Below, one piece after another: positions 57,343 to 64,000 of a stretch of 64,000 nt of DNA. This stretch comes from Cyanophora paradoxa CCMP329 (Eukaryota > Plantae > Glaucophyta): the NCBI GenBank assembly GCA_004431415.1, contig QPMI01000500.1, positions 1 to 64,000 of the forward strand. The letters are read 5' to 3'. The position numbers were made by a program, and so were the translations under genes. The notes under the pieces were generated by a model. The model worked only from the letters and a program-made list of their open reading frames with translations. It was not told the DNA's origin and did no database searches. Within the stretch, counting starts at the first letter, position 1. Every line of letters starts with the position of its first letter.

Positions 57343-58725
57343 ATGCCAGCAACTGGAAGAATAGTTAGGAGAACCACTGAGCAACTACAAGGTAACCTAC
57401 TGCCTATCACAGTTCCAAAGGAGGAAAAGGGGAATCTCGAATTGTCAAAAAGTCTGAAATGAAAGAGCTTGTCCCAGTAGAGATCCCAGTTGCTATTGCA
57501 GTGAAAGAAACCAACAAGATTGCCAAGAGATTCTATGATGTGAGAACTGGTTATAAAGGGCTTCAAGCTATGAGGGCTGAGTTACCAGATGAATCCTATA
57601 AGCAGTTGCAAGAGTTCTATAAAAAACAAGAAGTTGTTCAGATCAATGCACCTGCTATATCTAGGAAGAGAGATCCCATGTCCCAATTAGGCAACCCCTT
57701 GATACCTATGTGATTGATTTGCTCTTTTTCCCAGCTTATAAGAAACAAAACAATGGCTATGATACATTTATGACTGCAATGGAATCAACACTGAGAACTG
57801 GGTATATTATACCTATAAGAGATAAATCAGCTCTCACTACATTGGCTGCATTTAAACAGCTTGAGATGAGAGTGGCAAGACCAATAGTAAAGGTTCAATC
57901 AGATGCTGGAAGTGAGTTCCAAAATCGAATATTCCAGGAGTATTTATCTAGTAAATTCATAGAACACCAAGTGAGTGGAACTGCTGACCACAGAAGCCAA
58001 GGTCGAATTGAAGCCTTTAACAAGCAGATTAAGAGACTGATCACAAACTACTGCATAGCTAATAACACAGCTAGATTCTTTGATGTGTTAGGTGATATTG
58101 AGTATAATTACAATAATACAGTCCACTCAGCTACTAAGATGAAGCCAGGTGAAACTACAGAGGATCATTATAGGTATATAGTGGGATTAGAAGATGAAAG
58201 ATTCAAGAAATCAATAGCTTACCTTGATACCATGCAGCCTGGCATGTTTGTTAGAGTGAAAGTTGAGAAGAACCCCTTTGCTAAACAGGGTAACAATTGG
58301 TCTAGGATGGTTTACACTGTTGATAGTAGGGAAGGCTTTAAATTTAAGCTAAGGAGTCCCACTGGAGAGATCATAGATAACAGGTTTGCTTTCCATGAGC
58401 TGTTGCCTGTGAATGCAGTTGAGTATCTAGAAACACCTACAGTGGATGCCTTGGAGCAAGCTAAAGAGGAAGCTAGGGTTGATGCTGCTATAAGGAGAGA
58501 GGGCATAGAAGCTGCTAATGAAGTCCCAGATAAGCCTTTGATAGAGGCTAGAAAGGAGAAGGCTGGGAAAGTTAACAGGGAACTCAAAAAGCTCACCATA
58601 GCAGGGACACAGAAACTTTCAGAAGTGAATAGCCAGAGATGGTATAATGACTTTCAGACTACTAAGGAGTCATATACAGCTCCTAAACCTCAAAGAACAC
58701 TAAGAGAAAGGACCAAACTAGCTAG
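57343..58725 (+). CDS. rve integrase (frameshifted)
   Basis: Homolog of 23468-24853. Confidence 0.9.
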
Positions 58726-59206
58726 TTTGCTAGCCGAAAACTCGTTTTTTCAAAATATATGTATGACTGATATACATATATGCATATGCTATACACATAG
58801 TCTTGTAGATCTTTTCAAGCGCTTCACAGCGATATGCAGAACGTTGCGTTTTGATGATCTGGTGATGAGATATAACAGTTTGAAGATGCAAAAGTCACTT
58901 GCCATAGTAGACTTGGTGAAACATAGGTTTCCCACTGAGAACGCGATATATACGAATATATCCGCTGGTATATATAAATGCTCCGACTATGAGAGTCGAT
59001 GTGACGGGCGCGTTTATACGGTAGAAAAAAGAGGGAATTTTTCCGATTTTTTGATTATATATATGTATATGTATATATATTTTTTAATTATTTTTTTCCA
59101 AACATTTTTCTTGGTCAACCGGCAATACGGAGGTTTTGGTATATATAGTGTATATATGTCGTGACGTCACGTGTATATATACGGTATATATGTCGTGACG
59201 TCATGC

Positions 59207-59322
59207 AAGATTTGTAATGTAAGAATTGTAAACATTGTAAGAATTGTAATGTAAGAATTGTAAGAATTGTAAGAATTGTAAGAATTGTAAGAATTGTAAT
59301 GTAACTATTGTAAGAATTGTAA
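59207..59322. repeat. 9-bp AAGAATTGT tandem repeat
   Basis: About 10 copies with AATGT interruptions. A2 only. Confidence 0.9.
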
Positions 59323-59673
59323 TAAGTCGATACCCCCGTCGCACATTACAACCGGGGGAACAAATACAATTACAATTGGAACCCAAGAAATCCAAGAAAA
59401 GCATACAAACTGCTGTAACTCTTCACCAACTCATCCGTTTTAAAAACCGCGACCATCGCCGGAATCCTCTTTGCATCCTCTACACATCTATGCTACTTTC
59501 GCGAACTGGATCGTAGATTTGCCCGGGTTTGTGGGGCTGAATATGTCTCTTTTGTGGTCTGAAAGTCTGTATACCATCTCTGACTGTATGATCTCGAATA
59601 ATCCACCTAAATCTACTTTATAGATAATCGTGATTACACCTGTGAAACCATCAATCTAACACTGCATTTAGTA

Positions 59674-60736
59674 AGCATCTGCCCTAGATTCCCCCTATAA
59701 TTAAAGTGGAATCAAGGTTGACTCATATTAATCGATAGTATATGGATTTTGTTACGAATTCAATGCAAGGGTTGACTAAGTGGGTTGAGTTGACTCAAAT
59801 TTCACAGGAAATAACAATGAATCAGAGTATAAAATGCATTTTTTTTTGAATCAACTACACCAACTAACACTGAGATTTTCACAATATATGAGGTCCTTAC
59901 TGAATATGGTATGTGTCACAGGTGTCACAGGTCTATCCCAAAGTTTTCTATAGCATAAAAATGAACTCTCAAAAGTTTGGGATGGACCTGTGACACCTGT
60001 GACACTCGATTATTTCATTTGTTTATTCAAGTAGAATTACATAGATAAACTTCTTACTTATTGTTACTGAGTTTTTCATTATAAAAGAGGATCTTACCAT
60101 AAATGGTGTTGTTCACAGGTGTCACAGGTCTATCCCAAAGTTTTCACATATATAAAAATCAACTATCAAAAGTTTGGGATTGACCTGTGACACCTGTGAC
60201 ACCTGTGACACCCAATTTTCTAAGGGTCCCCCCTTAGACTCAACAAAACAATGATAAAATCATATAAGTTTCATGTATAATTACGATTGAATTCAATAAG
60301 AGATCGATTTGTTAATATAAACAAATGAATCATTTATGGATCTTAATCGAGTTTAGCGATATATTTCCGATTAAATGAATTAATTTAATTAAATTTAATC
60401 GAGAAAGTACATGAATATAATATCGATTAAATCAATTACCTTTTAGACCAATCACACATAGTAAAATGCGGAGTTTTAACCAGAGGCAAGATCTAATTGA
60501 GATTCAGTTATATTATTCGGAAATATATACAGATTATCGATTGACTCAGTAAGACTAATCGGAAAATAAGAGAAATTTACGATAAAATATCGAAAAGAAT
60601 ACAAAATAATCGAAATAATTGAATATTCGATAAGATATACACAGATTATCGATTGATTGAAATAGAATATACGAGATATATCAACAAAATCAATTAAGAT
60701 AAGCCGAGGGTTAAAACTCCGCATTTTACTATGTGT
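59674..60736. repeat. A2 right TIR
   Basis: Reverse complement of 32797-33690, except that two TGTCACAGG modules replace the single module. Confidence 0.93.
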
Positions 60737-63700
60737 GACAAGGCCCGTCCTGTACCAGAGAAGAGCTGACGAGAAGGCGGAGCCGAGTTCCTTGAGCCGC
60801 TCGAGCTGCGTCAGCAGGGGCGCAGGACGGCGCTCTGCTGAGCTCGCAATGCGAGAGAGCAAGGGGGCAGCGCGGCCGTTGATGACTCCTTCAACAACGG
60901 TCGCTGGCTCGACGGTCTCGAGCGTAGTAGAGTCAGGGTGAGGCTCCCCCGATCGAAGCTCCTCCGGGAGAAGAGGCGGGCGACCGAAGAAGAGGGTGAA
61001 GGGCGAGAAGCCCGTCGTGCTGTTGCGCGAAATTCGATGCTTGTACGTAGCCCAAGGGAGGAGCTTGGCGATGTCGCCGGGCCCCTTCCTGCACTGCGTC
61101 ATCAGAACACGCAAATTCTCAACGAGAGACAAGTGAGCTCGTTCGAGAGCCCCCTTAGTCTGTGGGTGGTAGGCCGTCGCGACGGAGTGCTTGACCCCGA
61201 GACGAGCCAGCGCTTCAACCAGCGGAGCTGCGATGAAAGCAGAGCCCCCGTCAACCACGATTTTCCGGAAGAAACCGCAGAAGCAAAAAATTTCGCGGAG
61301 GAATCGGGCGACGTCGGTGTGGTCATGGGCCTTGCGCTTCGGGTCGGACGTGAACAGGAAGCCCGAGAAGGCGTCCATGGCGGAGAGAATCCGCTGAGAC
61401 CCGATCGGCTGCTGACCGAGGCCTGAGCTGCCGTGGTTCAGGATGGTGGCCGCGTCGCGGGTGCCCTTCTGGCCGGTCGTGAGGAACACTTCGTCCATGT
61501 AGAGGATCTCGCAGGGCCCGTTGGTGATGATGGCGTGCGGAGGAGCTCGCACGAGCTTGGCCTGCTTCGCTTGCTGGCAAATCTCGCACGCACCAACGAA
61601 CTTACGGACGTCGTGATACATCCCGGGCCAGAAGTAAGCCCTCTTGAGGTCGTGAAGCAGGCGGCCGACGCCTTGGTGAGAGGCGATACCCGGAGGGCCA
61701 GCCACTGCGCGAGGCGACGAGGGCGCGACACGCCCACCATGCTTCGAGCGGAGGAGAGCGTCGCGAACGCTGTACGGCACGAAAAACCGCTTTACTGCAA
61801 CCGGGCGATGGGCGTTCGGCGGCGTCTCGTGGTAGAGCGTGCGATCCTTGTCCAGCAAGAAGAATCTGCGGACGTGCTCACGGAAGCTCGTCTCCCGCGA
61901 CCGTTCCGCTTCGCCAGCAATCGCATCCAGCGGCTCGGCCTTGCCCTCGAGGATGTTGATGATGCGTCGGCATTCATCATCTGCATGCTGGGCGAAACGA
62001 ATGTCACGGACAGAAACGGGCGGTGGCAGCGGGTCGCGGGGTGGGCGATTGTCCGGCGCGACGGGCGGCGCGGCCTGAGGCTTGGGGGCGTTGGCAACGG
62101 CTGGGGGCGACGGCGGAGGGGCCGTGGGCGAGGGAGATGGGCTCCGCGGCCGCTTGGCTCCAACCTTCGGTCGCTCCTGGCTACCCTCGTCCTTGGCCTG
62201 TCGCTGTGCTGCTCGTTCTCGCGGGTCGACCCGAACAGATGGCTTCGTGTAGTAGGGCCCGTCCTGCAGCCCTGTGCCGCACGCAGTCTCCACCTTGAGG
62301 CACGCCGCCAGCTGCTCCTTCGCCTGAGTGACCGCTGCGGCCATCGAGGGTGAGTTCGGCAGCGGATGGAAACCGCGGTCGAAGGCTCGGAAAGGGACTC
62401 GGGTCGAGTTCGATGGTGAGGACGTCGACTCCAGATCCACCCAGAGGTCTTCGATTTCTTGTTGGATCGACGCCGTCAGCGCAGCGATGTACTCCTTCCT
62501 TTCCGCGCTCTCGGGTTTCACCATCAAGTTCGCAGAGAGCTCTGCGAGGGCATGGATCAGCTCATGCGGGTCTTCGTCGCCGTCGTCGGATGGGGCGCGG
62601 GGTCGACGGGGTGACGCGATAGTCCGTCGACAAACATCTTGCTCCCGGGCTTGTACTCGGAATGATGGTGAAGCCAGCGAAAATCGTGCTCCACCGGTTG
62701 AATCGCGCGTTGACGTCACGGTTCTCAAGGATCCACCTGAGGGATTGTGATCGGTCTTGTGGATAAAGGGGCGGTGCCTAAGGAAAAATCCAAAACGCTT
62801 TAATCCGTAGAGCAGTGCTCCAGCCTCGAGATCCGTAGCGCCGCGGCTCGACTCTCCATCGGTGAGGCGCCGGCTAGCGTACGCGATGGGACGTTCGACA
62901 CCAGTCTTCTTGTCGACCTGCGAGAGGCAGACTCCCAGCCCGATCTTGCTGGCGTCCGTCGTCAGGATCAGGGGGTTGGCGTCGGGACTCCAATCGGGAG
63001 ACGCCAGCACTGGCGCCTTCGTCACGAGGTCCTTGATGCGCTCAAAGGCCTCCATCTGCTCCGGCCCCAGACGAAGGGTGTCTTCTGTCGTGTCAGCCGA
63101 GTGATCGGCTCTGCAACCTCCGCGAGGCGATCGAGCGCGCGTCGCAGAAAATTTATTAGACCATGAATTGCAAAACCTCCTTCTTATTCTTGGGCGCTTC
63201 GTAGTTGCGGACGGCGTCGGTGAAGCGAGGATCAAACCTGACTCCCTCGCCGGAGATGATGTGTGCCAGATGGGGAAGCTCGTCCACGCCGAAGTCGCTC
63301 TTCTCCATCCGCAACTTGATGTTGTTTTCACGGAGACGGTGGAGTACGATCTTCTGATTGACAATTAGTTGATCGGGGTTTTCGGCGGCGATAGGCAGGT
63401 CGTCTATGAATGGGTGCGCGGCGTGGACGACAACGGCGGGCGTCAACGCCGTGTCTAGAGCGTACTGGAAGAACGAGGGCGCGTCCGTGCTACCGAAAGG
63501 CATACGCGTTGGGCAGAATTTGCCAAACACAGTGTTGATGGCGAGTCTCAGTGATGCCCGCTTGGTGCACTCGAGGAGATTGAAGGCTCCGGGACAATCT
63601 GTGTATGTGAAATTTTTTTCCCGTGAAATCTCGATAACGACTCCTCCACGGTGGGTTGTGTATATACAAAGGGCTTCCCGTGTTTATTAATTGCCTCGTT

Positions 63701-64000
63701 CAATGGTCTATAATCATTAACCATACGTTCCGTCTGGTTTCTTTGGGACTAAGAACGTGGCGGCGCCCATAAGCTGAAGCATGGTGCGAGTTGGCCCCTC
63801 TTAACTTGTTCTTGGATGATCTCATATAAAAGGGCTTGGTCGGGAGGGAGAGAGCAATAGGGCGGCGGGAAATGGGTTGGCGTCTCCGGTGTCGACGTCA
63901 TATTTTAAAAATGGGATGGGGGGACAAGGGTGTCAATTTCGAAAACGTCACCGAACTCATTCAGATGGTTGAACATCCGATCCTTCAGCTCCTGCGGCCA
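60737..64000 (-). mobile_element. pol: Ty3/Gypsy LTR retrotransposon pol (RT-RNaseH-integrase), frameshifted and cut at the integrase C-terminus by A2
   Basis: RMPFG...FIDD (RT). TDAS...PIAYASRRL...DLEA (RNase H). HQG...YFWPGM...CEIC, MDE, VDGG, GALER (integrase). Confidence 0.9.

Larger units (their letters stand above)
32797..60736. mobile_element. Endogenous Polinton-like virus, copy A2 (both ends present, 27940 bp)
   Basis: Starts ACACATAGTAAAATGCGG and ends CCGCATTTTACTATGTGT. Full gene set. No target-site duplication (CTCTTC vs GACAAG). Confidence 0.94.

Noticed and set aside
42798-58725. Programmed frameshifting or wholesale pseudogenisation
   Set aside because: The indels are mostly 1-bp losses in homopolymers at different sites in the two copies, typical of unpolished long reads. 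Real decay cannot be fully excluded.
58726-59164. C-terminal extension of the A2 integrase
   Set aside because: Caused by a 1-bp loss (ACCAAACTA vs ACCAAAACTA) that skips the stop seen in A1.
60476-60736. Gypsy pol-virus fusion and TIR ORFs (also 32809-33057, 33310-33600)
   Set aside because: Chance read-through into AT-rich terminal repeat with no protein-like features.
32797-60736. Mavirus-type virophage
   Set aside because: No cysteine protease recognised, and the MCP (~455 aa) and pentons look PLV-like.
60735-63690. Plus-strand ORFs over the Gypsy element and other antisense ORFs in the track
   Set aside because: Shadows of GC-rich or opposite-strand coding sequence with no motifs.

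Overview
This window is a cluster of endogenous DNA viruses and retroelements in a GC-rich eukaryotic genome, probably a protist. It holds two related ~28 kb AT-rich Polinton-like virus (PLV) genomes: A1 (<1-26857) and A2 (32797-60736). Both encode AdoMetDC, fibre proteins, a patatin-discoidin fusion, two pentons, MCP, an A32 ATPase, a primase-helicase, a protein-primed PolB and an rve integrase, inside ~0.9-1.1 kb terminal inverted repeats (TIRs) ending in ACACATAGT. Between them lie a short GC-rich host stub and a truncated, more distant PLV (B, ~27461-32796). A2 is followed by an interrupted Ty3/Gypsy retrotransposon. Many frameshifts are single-base homopolymer indels and probably long-read errors. 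The main observation is that A1 and A2 carry primase-SF3 helicase cassettes of different families at the same locus, each followed by its own inverted-iteron (origin-like) module. The TIRs hold a variable array of these same modules, plus an orphan module inserted with a 19-bp duplication. Each terminus also has a doubled, inverted 28-bp end sequence, and the pPolB appears to have lost proofreading. All family calls come from motif recognition by eye; no searches were run.
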